NCBI GenBank assembly: GCA_028534125.1 | Contig: CM052816.1 | Span: 37,264,001 to 37,328,000, forward strand | Direction of reading: 5' to 3' | Origin: Lama glama | Lineage: Eukaryota | Length of the DNA: 64,000 nucleotides | Shown: one piece after another, positions 23,801 through 37,565 of the stretch | Position numbering within the stretch: the first letter of the stretch is position 1 | How the letters are laid out: each line of letters opens with the position of its first letter | Notes under the pieces: generated by a model | The model's input: only the letters and a program-made list of their open reading frames with translations | Databases searched by the model: none | Told to the model about the DNA's origin: nothing | Translations under genes and position numbers: made by a program

Positions 23801-25330
23801 TCTCTTATTTAATCCACTTATATAATACATTTGCTGTTTTTTCAAATGTCAAGACAGTTTTCCATGCCTATGATAAGCCTTACTTGGTCATGGAATATCA
23901 TCTCTCTAATGTATTATGGAATTAAGTTTGTTAACATTTTGATAAGAACATTTGCCTTGAGGGGTATTTAGTCAATAGTTATATTTTCTTGTAACATCTT
24001 TGAAAAGTTTTGTTATCAGGATAATGCTGGCATCATCAAAGTATGTTTTTTAGTGATCTCTTTTATTCCATGGTGGAGTTTGTATAGAATTGACATTATT
24101 TCTTTCTTAAATGTTTGATAAACTTGTAGTATGAAGGCTACTTGACATTAAGAGGTTTTTTTTTTTAATGGGAAAGTTTTAATTAATTCAATAGATGCAG
24201 GCCCATGCTGGTTGTCTATTAATTTTTAATGAGCTTTGGCAGTTTGTGTTTTTCTTCAGTGATCTCAAATATATTGGCAACAATTGTTTATAACAGTGAC
24301 TTATTATTCTAATATCTATAGGCTTTGTAATTTCCTCTCATTCTTTTCTGACATTGGTAAATTTTGCTCTTTTATTTCATGATAGAAGTTATTAATTTTA
24401 TTTGTCATTTGAAAAAACTGTTTTTGGTTTTATTGTTTTTCCTCTATCATTTTTATTTTCTTGAATTTTCTCTCTTCTGTTTATATATATAATATTTGTA
24501 TGTACTACATATAATGTGATATATATATTTACTTTATTCAAGCTTAATATTTTTCATTTCTAGTTTCTTTAAATAAAAGGTTGAGCATCTATTTGAACTT
24601 TTAATTTTTTTCTAATGTGAACATTTTATGTTATAATGTCATTGTAAGCATGACTTCAATGGCATTTCCCAAATTTTGATATGTTATCATTTTTGTTATT
24701 CACTTTAATTAAAAAAATTGTGATTTCTTCTCTGACTCATAGATTATTATAACATGTATAGTTTATTTCCAAATATATGGACAATTTTCAGGGATCTTTC
24801 CATAATTGATTTTCAGTTTAACTCCATTGTGGCCAGAGAATAGAAGTTATTTTTTCAAGTCTGAAACTTTTTTATGGTGTGAAATCTTGTCTGTCTTAGA
24901 GAGTGGTCTTTGTGTCATTGAAAAGAATGCATATTTAAAAAAAATTTAATATGAATGTTCTACATCCATCTGTTCAATTTAGTTGATAAAGTTCTTTAAG
25001 TCTTTTATATTCTTACTGATTTTCTGCTTGTTATAATAATTACTCAGGTTTCAGTGTAGCAAAATCCAATTATACCTGTAAATTTGTCTATCTCTTTCAT
25101 TTCTGTCAGACTTTGCTTCATGTATATTGCAATTATTTCTCCAAATATTTAAGATTGTTATATCTTCTTAATGGATCATTACTATGAAATTCCTTCTATA
25201 TTCGGGTAATATTTCTTTTTCTGACTTTTACATTGTCTTTTATTAAAAAGTCACCTCAGCATTCTTTGGATTAGTATTTGTACTATGCATTTTTATTCTA
25301 TTCTTTTACATTTAAAGAATTTTTCAGGTA
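20815..25330 (-). mobile_element. Old L1 (L1M-type) ORF2, interrupted by a younger L1 at 21055-22567
   Basis: Continuous degenerate antisense ORF2 text on both sides of the nested insert, reaching the endonuclease region near 25250-25315. Confidence 0.8.
21042..22580 (-). mobile_element. 5'-truncated artiodactyl-type L1 (~1.5 kb) nested in an older L1
   Basis: 3'UTR plus ORF2 C-terminus similar to 10660-11544; TSD ATGAGTGTATTTC (21042-21054) and AAGAGTGCATTTC (22568-22580). Confidence 0.88.
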
Positions 25331-25339
25331 AAGGATATT

Positions 25340-26890
25340 TTAATATCTGTTTTAAATGTGCCTCTCCATTATCTTTTGATTTGTATATTTTATGACATTA
25401 CGTTCTTGAATCTGTATCTTGGTTTTATATTTTATTCCCACTGATCTTTCGACTATTCAAGTGCCAATACTATACTGTTTAATTATGGAAGCTTAGTATG
25501 TTTTAAAGTTTGGCAGGGATAGTCTTTCTCTATAGTGGTTGCCCCCTACCCTCACTCTACCCTCTGTAATTCCTTGGCCATTCTTACATGTTTGTCTACC
25601 ATATGAATTTTAGAATCAATATGCCTAACTCCATAACAAAGTGTGGAAGCTTCTTTATTAGAAGGACATTAAATTTACAAATTAAATTATGGAGAACTGG
25701 CATCATTATAATGTTGAGCCATCCTATCCAAGAACAGGACATATCTTTTCATTTGTCTAGACTTTAGGAGTTTTTTACACTTTTAGTTTTCCCACATAGG
25801 TTTTACACATTTTTTATTAAAGTTTAAGAATTTATTTTGTGTGGTGTTATTTTAAATAGTATTTTTCATACACTAAATTCTCTGATCGATTATTGCTTGA
25901 TATAAGAAAGCTATTGGTTTTTATTGACTTTATATGTTGGCTACTTTACTGAATTATTTTATTGATTTTTTTCATTTTTGTCCTATATATATCTAGGTAA
26001 CTATCATATCATGTGTAAATAAAGATAGTTTTAGTTCTTTGGTACCAATTTGTATGCCTTAAATTGATTTCTCTCACCAACTTGGATTAGCTAATAGCTC
26101 TAGTACAATATCAGATACTAGAGTTGTTAAGTGTGTATTCTTGCCTTGCTCCCTGATCTTGGTTATATTTCTTGTTTCCCACACTGCCTTGGGGTATTAA
26201 ATATGTGTTTATAAATTGAATATATTTAACAGATATATTTATTGCATTAATTTGTATATTTATATTTGCATTTATATATTCATAGTAAGAAATTATTACT
26301 CAATTTCTATCCTATTATCCACATGGCTGTTGAATTTTTTTGAAGGCTTAGCATCTATGGAGGTAACCATATGATATATATGAAATTTGTTTCTTTACAT
26401 TTATTAGCATTGTAATGATATGAATACATTAGTCATGGAATAAAATTCACTTGGTAATGTCATACGCTTTTTTAATGTATTGTTAGATCCTGTTTGCTCA
26501 TATATTATGTAATATTTCTGCATCAATGTTCTTGAGTAATTTGGGTCTGTATTTTTCTTTTTTCTCCATTCTTCAGTAGATTTAGGTAAAATGCTATACC
26601 TACTTTATAAAAGGATTTAGGATGGTTTCTTATCTTTTTTTCAGTACTCTGGAATAATTTATAGTACACTGAGACAGTATTGTATTTGAAGGTTTCAAAA
26701 TTGCCTGTTGGAAATACTTGAACCTGGTTCTTTTTTGTAGGGTGATTTGCTTATACTTGCTATGTTGATAGTTTAGCAATTTCTCTGTTTAAGTTTTCTG
26801 TCTTTACCAGGGTAGGTATGATTATCTGTGCTTCTTTAGGAAAGCGTGCAATTCCTAAATGTTTTCAAATGTGTTTGCCTAGTTTTCTAC
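25340..26890 (-). mobile_element. Ancient L1 (L1ME-type) ORF2 fragment
   Basis: Degenerate antisense ORF2 motifs (GTGCCAATACTATACTGTTTAATTA, ATATGAATTTTAGAATCAA, ATGTTGAGCCATCCTATCCAAGAACA). Confidence 0.7.
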
Positions 26891-26899
26891 AGGTTAACT

Positions 26900-27232
26900 T
26901 TTCTGTGAAGGTGTTTTATAGATGTGTTTAAGGTCTTCAGTCAGTTGATTTTCTGTACAGAAAGTTATCTAGATAGTCTGGGTGGACCTGATTCAGTCGA
27001 TTGAAAGGCTTTAAGAACAGAGCTGAGGATGTCACTGAAGAAGAAATTTTGCCCAAGAATAGCAGCTTTAGCTCCTGCCTAAGAGTTTGTCCCAGGCTGT
27101 CTTTTTGAGAGCCTGTCTTATGAAATTCCCACCTGCCGAGTAGGTCCTCACAGTTATAAAAATAGCTCCCTGCATTTAATCACTTAATATGTATTGTATC
27201 TTGTGCTTGTTTCTCTGGTTGAACCCTAACAC
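26900..27232 (+). mobile_element. MLT2 (MLT2D-like) ERV-L LTR
   Basis: CTGTGAAGGTGTTT...CTGGGTGGACCTGATTCAGTC...AAGGCTTTAAGAACAGAGCTGAGG...GTTTCTCTGGTTGAACCCTAACACA. Confidence 0.85.
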
Positions 27233-27722
27233 ATCTTAATTAGAAAAAGAAGTGATTTATACCCATGGTTATATAAATTCACTGAAAAAATAGCCACTTA
27301 TATCTCATTAAGACTTTTTTTCCAATGAAAAAGTTATTCATCATGAGTAATCATGATTTTTAAAAATGCATAATATGTTTTTATTATTACATTTTAACTC
27401 TTTAAATGTGGCTAATAAATAAGACTTTTTATATTTGTTTAAGTTATATAGAATTTTAAGATATAAAAATACTTTTTATGTATATACACCTATGAATGTA
27501 ATGGAGGAACAAACATCATGAAAGTATAACTTGCCAAAATGAAATAAAAATTGAGAATAAACTGGCTTTTTAAACTAAAATTAAACACAAATTAGTGTAA
27601 TATCTATAATATATTTATGTATTTTTAATTGATAAAAATATTTCCATTTCTGAAGAGTGTGATAGTGTGATATAAATATAATGGGTCTTAATAGACTAAT
27701 GGTATTTAGACAGGTATTTAGA

Positions 27723-27832
27723 CGGCCCAACATCCTGATCTTGGATGTCTAGCCTCCAGAACCACGAGACAACAAATTTATATTATTTAAACCACCCAGT
27801 TTGTGCTTCTTTGTTATGGCATCTCTAACAAA
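27723..27832 (+). mobile_element. MLT1 (MaLR) LTR 3' fragment
   Basis: CCTGATCTTGGATGTCTAGCCTCCAGAACCACGAGACAACAAATT...TTTAAACCACCCAGTTTGTG...TTTGTTATGGCA. Confidence 0.85.
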
Positions 27833-30007
27833 TTTTTAAAGCAATTTATGTAAAATATTTTTATTTATATTTGTTTGTGGATAGTCAACAATATATAGCT
27901 TAAACTAATTTATGATGTTTGTGCAAATACTAAAAATTAATCTACTTATTCATTATAGTAATTACCCTTTAAACTAAAATCATATAATTTTTGTGTTTCA
28001 ATATGTAGAATGCTGAACATAATATATAATATTGCAGCATGTCAAATTCAGAATTATTTACTGATAATCACGCTGTCATGGTTCAATTCAGAACACTAAT
28101 CAATGGTCTTCCTATATTTTCTAGTTATTATTTTTTGCACACTGAGATGCAAAAGTAATTAAGAGAACAGAAAGCAAATTAAGAATAATTGTGGTGTACT
28201 TAATCCATGAGTGAGAATGATTTGAAACTTTTGGAGCAGAATTCTGAATACAGTTCAGGAGGCAGCCAAAAGATATAGCTTAAGAAAAAAATTATGAAAA
28301 TAATTCCTATTTCAAGCATTTGGAAACTGTAACTTTTTGGAGTCAAGCAAAGGAAAGTGAATGGGAAATTTTATCCAGTTTATATAGAGCGTTCATAACT
28401 TAAAAGCTAAAGTTCACACTTAATATCAAATATAATTGGTCATGCTAAAATGCTGATGAGATGAAGATAATACACTCAACCTGTATTATCATGAAATATT
28501 ACATCTGTTGAGTTTAAAGGGAGAGTACCATCCTCAAATGTGAATAAAAAGGCATTACAGCTTAAATTAATGACATAAGTAGAGATAGGTAACACCTAAA
28601 TTTGAGGAAGAATTGATGAAATGTAATGGTAAGTTAAAGATAAGAAGGAGAGAAAATAGTTAGCAATGTATTCGGAGATATCAAAAATAGATGTGTAAAT
28701 TTTAATTATATAGGGAGTAACAGTTAATAAGTTAAGATTCTTAGCTTTAATATTATACATATTATAAAAGCCATTTTTTGTTTATATTTCTGTTGCCTGC
28801 ATAACAATGTTTTCTGTAAGTTTGGAGCCAAATTAATTCCAAACATGTATCTTATGGCAATAATTTGTTCTTATTGTGATTCTAACCAAAATCACAAAGA
28901 TTATGTTGATTTTTGCACCTAACTGCAAAAGAGTTCTGAAAAATTCTCAGGTTCGATTATAACCTGAGCTGAGATTATTCATAAGTTACGTGAACTTTGG
29001 CCCAACTTCTTTTGAATTTGGGAATGGGTTTTATATTGTGCATTGCAAATCAAACAAGAATTCCTTGTTCAAATGTCTCTGTTATGCTTTCTTTGCATGA
29101 AAGTCTGGCATCCATTAAAAATTGGAAGGGCTACATGTAACAGCCATAACCTGTCATCTTCATCTCCTGTAAGGGATGCAAGTGTATTTCTTTTAGGTCA
29201 GAGCTCTGGTGTCACCATTCAATATACAGTTACAGAGGCTGTAGTTTTTAAAAATGCAGAACTCATTAGAGTTCTACTGGGATGAGCATAAAAATAGCCT
29301 ACTCTTTGGAATGGCAAAACAGTTGAATTTTTACCTTCCACTGCCAACGTTAAAGAGGAATACAAAAGAATTGAATGGGAAATGTATGTGTATTTTAAAA
29401 AATCAGTATTTTTTTAGACATGAATAATACACACCAATTGAAGTTTAAAAAAAAAGAAATGAGGCTAAAATGATTGCCCTTCAAGACTTCCAATATCTTA
29501 AGGCAAATGGCAAATCTGAATGTAAAATAAACATCTACCCTTTTACTCCTCTTTTGTAATAATGGCCATTTCCTAACCACACAGTAAAGAGCAAACAGAT
29601 GATAAAAGTGATTGTGTATCAGGCCTCTCCCTCATCTTCATTACCATTAAGTAGCCTTTGCATATGTTCTAGTTAAAAAAAAAAAAAGGAGTTATTTAAG
29701 GCTAAAGATACAAAACACCTCTGTTTTTTCTCCATGATGTTTCTCTTCATTAGTGAGACACTGAATTCACCATTGTGTACCTATTTTACTTCAAAGGTAT
29801 TCTGAATTTTATTCTTAATTTTTTATTATTCACCTGTGCATTTCTTCCATTGTTTTTAGTTGTTGAAGACCATGACAATTCTCTACTTTTTGTTAAATAC
29901 TATTTATACATACTATTTACTAAGAAATTAATATTATTTTTGTTATACATTCTTCTCTGAAAAGTAAAATACAGAACCTTAATTTTATTATATAAACTAT
30001 ATTTCTA

Positions 30008-30300
30008 TCTTTAAAAAAACGACACTATGAACTCATCTACAAAACAGAAACAGATTCGCAGACATACTAAACTTATGGTTACCAGGGAAAGGGGGTGGGA
30101 AGGGATAAATATGAAAGTTTGAGAGTTACAAATTTTAGCCACTATATATAAAGTTTCTTCTGTATAGGACAGGGAACTATATTGAATATTTTGTAATAAC
30201 ATTTAATGAAAAAGAATATATGTATGTATATGCATGACTGGGATATTGTGCTGTACACCAGAAATTGACACATTATAATTGACAGTACTTCAATTTAAAG
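30008..30300 (+). mobile_element. Artiodactyl-type L1 3'UTR fragment
   Basis: GAACTCATCTACAAAACAGAAACAGA...CTTATGGTTACCAGGG...GCTGTACACCAGAAATTGACACA...TACTTCAATTTAAA. Confidence 0.9.
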
Positions 30301-31274
30301 AATTTTTATTTCACATTTTCTTTCAGGATTGTGGAGTATGCAAAAGCAATTTATTGCAAAATCTTGCATTTATGCAAATATGTATTCATACAATCACAAG
30401 AGCTCTGGTTAAAATTAGCATATAACGATTGTATCATGTCTTATGATTCATACCTCTCCTGTAGTTAATGATGAAATCATAAGGCTAAAAAGAAGCATTT
30501 CATGGAGAACTCAATCATCCTTAATCTAATGTGTTTTTGTATCTTCTAGCTTGTGGTCTGATACGAAAGGCATCTCACTAGCTTTACCTCCATTATTGTA
30601 CTAACAATATTAATGCATATGTGTATGGATTATTATCAGCATACAATTAATCATATATAACCATTTTATTCTTAAAATAAGTGCTATTTCCATTTTTAAG
30701 AGGAGAACTTAAACATAAGATAGTTAAGTAATGGCCCCTTCTATGCACTCTTTTTATTACTTTTTTATACATTCATTCATGATTTGTTCATGACATTAAG
30801 TGTTTGTCATTTGAGTCAGAATCATGTAGGTGTTCTTCCTGAAATAAAAAAAGATGAATGTGTTTGATAAAGTAAAAAATAGTCCTTGGTGTTATAGTGC
30901 ATTAAGTAGTTCTTGAAAGATTTTCTAACTAGACTTTTAATTCTCAGTTATCCAAAAGTATTATTAAACTCAATGTATAGAAAATGCTTAGATGAGGAGA
31001 TTATATAGAAGTTTTATATTCGTATCTAATTTGTACAATACTCATGGAGCAAGTGAGGGAAAGTCAGAGTGAAGAGGGAGGACTCTGCAGTCACACTAGA
31101 TTGGAATCTCTGTTATTCTTTCAGTGATTTTGGATTCTGGATCCTACTTTTGCCATGTTTCAAAAGTGAATAATGATATGAGTTTTTTTGAGGATGCAGA
31201 TTGCTTGACTATGCCTGGCTTTTCATACACACTGAGAAAAGTTGTCCCTCTTCCCCACAACAAACATTTTTCTC

Positions 31275-31800
31275 CTGTATTCCTTGTATATGGAAAATAC
31301 GGCCTTCTTTATCCAGTCGCTCAAGCTATGAACACTGAACTCTTTCAGCCGTCTGTCCTCCATTTAAGTCAGTCATCAAATCTGGCCCATCCTACTTTCT
31401 GCGTTTCTCTTAAATAGAACCCCTACTTTATTTTTTTGTGGCCATTGACTTAGTATACATTCTCACCATTTTTACTTGGACAATTTATTTAAACTAACCC
31501 GTCAATAAACATTTATTTAACATCAACTGAAAAACATCATCTCCAGGATTATATGGGAAAGGAAGAAATTGAAACTACCATTTCTACGCCCTTGGAGTTT
31601 AATATAAAGTTGGATAAATTGATATTAAATTTGAAGTTACAAACAATATTATTTTAAAAGTAAACTTCAATGTATTGCTACACAAAATTCCACATGGCAT
31701 ATATGATTAATTGACAAATAGACAGCATAGATGATAATTAACACAGGAGTCTTGAAAATCAGAGATAACCATTGATTAAAGGATTTCGGAGGGCTTACAA
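31275..31800. mobile_element. L2 fragments (sense ~31275-31490, antisense tail from ~31500)
   Basis: ATCCAGTCGCTCAAGC...CAGTCATCAAATC and CAATAAACATTTATTTAACATCAACT...GCCCTTGGAGTTTA are L2-like; highly diverged. Confidence 0.5.
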
Positions 31801-32489
31801 GCCTTGGTTATATTTTGATCAGCCAAGAAAAGTGAGCATGTTACTACTAACTGTAGAACTAAATGAATTAAAGTAGCATTGTTTGATATATTTAAAATTT
31901 AGCTCTTTTTGAAATTCTATTCTTTCAGCCTTATGCAGTGAGGGATTCAGTTCTTTGGCTTTGGTGTTTTTTGTGCCCTCTGAAACAGTTTCTGAGAGAT
32001 ACCTGTGGTTTCATCAGTAAACACGTTGAATAGCATTCAAAGACTAGCTCAGTCCATTGTGCAGGACAATGGTCTATACCATCAAGTACTTGCAATCCTC
32101 TGTTTGCCCTCTGTGTAATCAGATAAACGAGCTTAATAAAATTTTAAATATGTATTTCGTGTACCTGCTAAGTTAATTAAATAAAATTTGAAACTGAAAA
32201 AAAAATATGCTGGATGCTGGAGATCAGAGTACTAGAGATTCTCTTGATCTCTAATTATTTCTGTGAGTGATTGAAACTTGGGAACCAGCTCAGAAGTGTT
32301 AAGTCACAGCATCCTTCCCTGTCACTTCCAAGGCACTGTTGGCAATTCCCTCTTATGCACTACCACTATATCTTAAATATCCCTAGTTTTCAGTCTTCAT
32401 ACTAAATAGTAAGTATTTGTTAATATGCCTACCTTCCCAATGAAGAAAGCAGGTGTGTAAAGGCAGGAGCAGGTCTGTTTTGTTTTGTT

Positions 32490-32800
32490 TTTCCTTTCAA
32501 TTTTATTGAGATATAACTGATGTACAGACCTGTGTGGGTTTAAAGTGTACAGTCTAATGATGGGACTAAACATACATCATGAAATGATTCCCACAATAAG
32601 TTTAGTGAACATCCATCATCTCATATAGATACTAAATAATAGAAAAATATTTTTCCTTGTGATGAGACCTCTTAGGATTTACTCTCTTTACAACTTTCAT
32701 ATGTAACATTCAACAGTGTTAATTATATTGATCATGTGTAAATTACATCTCTGGTACTTATTTATCTTATAACTAGAAATTTGTAATCTTTCGACTACCT
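32490..32800 (-). mobile_element. L1MA-type 3' end inserted in an L2 tail
   Basis: TTTTATTGAGATATAACTGA...AAGTTTAGTGAACATCCATCATCTCATATAGATAC...TTATTTATCTTATAACT; L2-like flanks at 32400-32480 and 32820-32855. Confidence 0.8.
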
Positions 32801-33624
32801 GCTAGTTTTGGTTTTAATTTAGCATCTGTAGCAGGCATTAGTATTCACTCAGTAAGAGAGTTTTGACCACATAACTTTACATTGTTTTTCACTCAATTAG
32901 TTGCCTCATCTATATGACAACATAGTGAGAAACTGTCTTTTTTATTTTTCACTGAACAGATTTTTTTTTTACTGAATTGATATGTGTGTGTATTTGCTAG
33001 ATACAGCTCTGTTTTGAATAATAGCTATACTAAGCTGGCTTCAACTGATAGCTGTTTTCCATGTCCTGTAGGCATTTTGATTGATTTTTACAATTCATGG
33101 GTTCTTTAAACTTGCCTGAACACAATTCTTTCTCTACACACATCAAAGAACACACACTGTATTTCATTATCTCAATTGATCGTTTTAACTTCTAATCTTC
33201 ATAGAAGGGTTCCAATCACTTCCTTGACTCCTTAAATCTTTTACTTTTGTTAGTTCAAACCCTCTTTGCTCATTTTACTTTTGAAACCAAAATACTTCAA
33301 ATGCTAAATTTGAAGATGGAGAAACTCATACATGTTTCTTTTTTTTTTCTCTTTCTATCTTGCCTCTAGGCTTCACTGATGCGTCTTCCTGAATAAGGTC
33401 TTTGACAGTCTAGAAATTGTATACTCTGAGTTCCTGAAGGCAATTTACAATAAACATAGCAAACTTGTAATGTCCATAATATTTCAATGTACTTGCTGAT
33501 TTAAGTGCCAATTTCAGAAAGCTGGTTTCAAACCTCCCCGTATCTCATATACTCTTATAGGCTCAGAGAAAGTGAAAAAAATTCTGCCTCAAAAGAAGAA
33601 CATGGTATTGTGTGGTCAAGATTC

Positions 33625-34889
33625 ATTTTAAACTTGTTTTGAAATAATTTCAGATTTACATAAATTAACCCTTCACCCAAATAACCCAAACATAAGCATT
33701 TTACCAAGTGACATTTGTTTTTATCATTCTCTTTTTCTGTATATATATTTTCTGAACCCTTTGAGAATAAATTGCTAAAATGATACAATTTTACACTTAA
33801 ATAATGAAGTATGTATTTGCTAAAAACAGATACTATTAATAACTTTAGTCCAATTATCAAAATAAGGATATTATGGTTTCTGTAATTCTATTATCTAAGC
33901 ATTTACAGATTTATTCAAAATTTTTCACTTAAACCAAAAATATTCTTTATACTTTAATCAAACATACAAAAGTTTGTTTTGTTTTGTGTCCCAGCATTCC
34001 ATGGTGCATTGAGCTGTCGCTTTCATTTCCTTTAAGATCTTAGAGATGTTTCACAGTCCCATTTTTGTTTTTCGACAACTCGACATTTTTGAGGAATTCA
34101 GGACAGTTATTTTGTAGAATGTCCTTCGAACTGAGTTTGTCTAATATTATTTCATGATGACGAGTATGCACTTTTGCAGGACTATAACAGACGTGGTTGT
34201 GCTTGCAGTGCATAGCATCAGGACGTAAACGGTCTGTTGGTTCTGTAACTGGTGATGCTAACTTGCATTACTTGGTTAAGGTGGTGTCTACTGATGTGTC
34301 TGATGATTTTCCTTTTTGTTTAGTAACTATCTTGTGGAGAGATATAGTGGATTCCTGTTTTTATTAAACTTCTACCCACTAGTTTTAACATCCACTGATG
34401 ATCTGAGTCTCTGACTGTAATTACTATGGTGATTGCCAAATAGTGATTTTCTAATTCTGTCATATATTTTACTTTTAATAGTTATACATATGCCACAAGA
34501 AAGAGCTTTCTCTCTTCCTATTTGTATGTACTGATACATTTATATATGCATAGGCTTATGGGTTCTCATTTTAGCCTAAGGGTTATCATTACTCATTATC
34601 ATTGTTTGCCTTAATTATCAGCGTGTAAATGGAAGACCCTGTCAAAGTGGTTGTGTGTCCAATCAAGTTTGAACACTTCCTTACTGTCACAATAATGTGC
34701 TCCAGTCTTGCCCAAGCCAGAAGAAACCGTTTATGAAACCCAAGCCAGAAAAAAAATTTATGAAAAAAACTCAGTTCCTTTTAGTGAAGAAAAGAATATT
34801 TATTTATAACTAAGCAATGAAGGCTAGGAATCTCTGTTTGCTTTTGCAGGCCAGTGCTTCTATTACCTCTCAGTAGACAGAGCTAGTAA

Positions 34890-34890
<1 letters not shown>
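33625..34890 (-). mobile_element. L1MC4/L1MC5-type 3' region
   Basis: TTTTGAAATAATTTCAGATTTACA...ACCCTTCACCCA...CAGTTATTTTGTAGAATGTCC...TTGGTTAAGGTGGTGTCT...CTCTCAGTAGACAGAGCTAG. Confidence 0.8.

Positions 34891-34891
<1 letters not shown>

Positions 34892-34939
<48 letters not shown>
34892..34939. repeat. (AC)24 microsatellite
   Basis: Direct inspection. Confidence 0.98.
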
Positions 34940-34941
<2 letters not shown>

Positions 34942-34974
34942 ATTCATTTATCTATTATTCTATTAAAAATAGAT

Positions 34975-35280
34975 CTTAGATAAAATTGACAAATTTCATG
35001 AAATATACGAAGAAATGAAGCTGTGAGAAGAAATTGAAATACTGAGTAGTCCTAAATCTGTTAAAGAAAATGCATTTATTACAAGGAAAATCTTTTTATA
35101 AAAAAAGCTTTAGACACCGATAGCACTCCTGATGAAAGCTTCTTGAAATGTAATGAAAATAATGTCCATCTTAAACTCTTTCAAATACATTAGAGTGAAA
35201 CATTTTCTCACTTGCTTTTTGAATCCAGAATAACCTTGATTCTATACCTTTAAAAGATGTCACAAAAAATAAAATTTAAA
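34975..35280 (+). mobile_element. Ancient L1 ORF2 fragment
   Basis: AAATTGACAAATTTCATGAAA...GAAGAAATTGAAATACTGAGTAGTCCTA...CCAGAATAACCTTGAT. Confidence 0.6.
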
Positions 35281-35718
35281 ATTTGTACACACACACAAGA
35301 AATTCTTGGGGAGCACAAAATTGTATGTAAATCTATGCTCATGGCTATGTTTTGGTGGAAAGTCTAATTGGACTTTAGTTAACACACACATTTTATTTTC
35401 ACAGCTCTGTTTCTTCAATATGGCTCATCTTTCTGATTTTATGACTTAAGTATTTAAAATTTATATTATTTTTAAAATCATCTATTTTTTTCCAGTATTT
35501 AGTTTGTCAGTTAACCTTTTGTTAAATCTGTTGACCCTCCCTCAAATTAATGCTTTTGTTGGATTTCTAATGTATTTCCTCTGTTGAAGTCCAGTGTGCC
35601 GCAGACTGTGAGGATGTTTCTAGGTAAACAGTTCTGAACTGGTACCACCTCTCTGGTTTGAGAATCTTTTTTGTTTCTGGAACTTGGAAATGAAGTTTCT
35701 TGTCATCTGTTTTCTTCA

Positions 35719-35754
<36 letters not shown>

Positions 35755-35756
35755 TC
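35719..35756. repeat. Compound (TCTG)4(TCTA)5 microsatellite
   Basis: Direct inspection. Confidence 0.95.
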
Positions 35757-36035
35757 GCCTCAGTATTTCTAAATGATTGAATTAGAAAGGGACTCATCTT
35801 TATCATTACAGTAGACAATTTTGTGTTTTGAATTTTAAAATTGCACTTAGAATTTTAGAACACATATATTTCTAGGTACTGTTCTAAGCACACTGTCCCT
35901 ACTGGTTTATTTAATGACGACAAAAGTCCTATCTGTGAGCTGCTTAACTATATTATCTCATGTTTTTTAAAATGTCCTCTTTTGCTCAATAAGAAACCTG
36001 AGGCAAAGGGGGTTGTCCCACATCACATGATCTGT

Positions 36036-36506
36036 AAGAAGCAATAAATAAAACAATGCAATTTGCAGCAACATGGATGGACCTAGAGATTATCATTCTA
36101 AGTGAAATAAAACAGAAAGAGAAAAAAAATACTACATGGTATCACTTGTATGTGGAATCTTAAAAAAAACCCATCAAACAAACTTATTTACAAAACAGAA
36201 ACAGATTCACAGAGAAAACAAACTTATGGTTACCAGGGGGAAGGGAGCAGGAAAGGATAAATTGGGAGTTTGAGAGTTACAGATGCTAACTAATATATGT
36301 AAAATAGATAAACAAGTTCATACTGTATAGCACAGAGAACTATATTCAATATCTTGTAGTAACTTATGGCAAAAAAGAATATGAAAATGAATATATGTAT
36401 GTTCATGTATGACTGAAGCATTGTGCTATACACCAGAAATTGACACAACATTGTAAACTGACTATACTTCAATAAAAAATATATGTATATTTAAAAAAAA
36501 GAAGCA
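36036..36506 (+). mobile_element. Artiodactyl-type L1 3' end (~455 bp) inserted into an antisense MIR
   Basis: TTTGCAGCAACATGGATGGACCTAGAGATTATCAT...TACTTCAATAAAAA; TSD AAGAAGCA at 36036-36043 and 36499-36506; MIR-like flank at ~35860-36040. Confidence 0.9.
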
Positions 36507-36592
36507 TAGAACATAAAATCTGGGCACTCATGTTGCAAATATTTCTGGGGAGAAAAAGTAAATAAATGAACAAGATATTTATATATGATCAT

Positions 36593-36977
36593 TACTGGAA
36601 GAAAGTTCTCCATGGATTTCTCAGCTTTCTATATAGGTCAGGTCTTCTAAACAGAAGAGATATTGGATGAGCAAACAGCCTTGGAGGCTAGAGGAATGTT
36701 TGTCTCTGGACAGATTTAGAGATATCCTGGCCTGGAGAGGACCATGGTAGTAAAGATAAAGCTCTCTCTGTCTTCTTCCCAGAGACATTTGCTTATATTC
36801 CAGAATAGTAAATCTAGAGAGCTTTTCCTTTCCCTCCAGGATATATGAATATATCCATCTGTGTGTGAGTGTGTGTGTGTGTGTGTGTGTGAGTGTGAGT
36901 GTGTGTAATGTTCTGGCTGGCTGACTAGTTAGTTAGCAAGAAGGGTAAAAATTTCAGTTCCTTTATGGTTTCTGGTT
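36593..36977 (+). mobile_element. LTR40-type solo LTR, internally deleted, containing a (TG)n tract at ~36860-36906
   Basis: 5' AAAGTTCTCCATGGATTTCTC...GCAAACAGCCTTGGAGGCTAGAG and 3' GGCTGACTAGTTAG...GCAAGAAGGGTAAAAATTTCAG resemble the recalled LTR40 ends. Confidence 0.7.
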
Positions 36978-37565
36978 AAATAATAATATATGCTAGACAG
37001 AAGTTACATAGGGTAAAATAAAGGAAATAAGATGATATATGGGTGGGAAAGGACATATTGAAGAGAAAGCTTTCAGACAATGAAGCAGATCCGAAGATAA
37101 GAAGACACCATTAATGCAAAGAAAACAGAAAGATGAAAAAGAATATGAAATATTCAAGGAAGAGAAAAAATACTAGGATGGAGGGAGCTTAAAAAGTCAG
37201 CGATTGTGTTATACAATACATCAGAAGGTAGTGTCTCACATGCAGTTACGACTTCTGCTGTATTTGGCAATGTGAAAGGCGTGGTGAAATTCGTACCATC
37301 CATTTTAGTTAAGTGGCCAGGATTGTGGCTGATAGGAGTAGGTTAATGGGTAAGTAGGAGATAAGAATACAGAAATACTGAATGCGTTAAATTCCTTGGA
37401 ATTCTTTATTCCTGTGAGAAGTTGCAAAGAGGAAAAACTGAGTGCTATATAGGTTCAAGTAAATTCCTTCAGATACTACTCTTTTTAAGTTAGGGTTATC
37501 AAAGAGGAGAAGGGATAATAATTGTATATTAATCTTTGACTATTAAAAATTTGTTGACTCTTAAA

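Noticed and set aside
28946..28968. CTCAGGTT/AACCTGAG hairpin (also AACATAGCA/TGCTATGTT at 19960-19990)
   Set aside because: 8-9 bp stems are expected by chance in 64 kb; no miRNA-length stem
29043..29410. ORF 29043-29285 and an acceptor-like TTTCTTTTAG|GTCAG as a possible host exon
   Set aside because: All three frames hit stops after the acceptor, and no recognisable protein similarity
34711..34765. ~28-bp tandem repeat as an array (likewise 50592-50649)
   Set aside because: Only two adjacent units with no spacers; ordinary slippage duplications inside old L1s, not CRISPR-like
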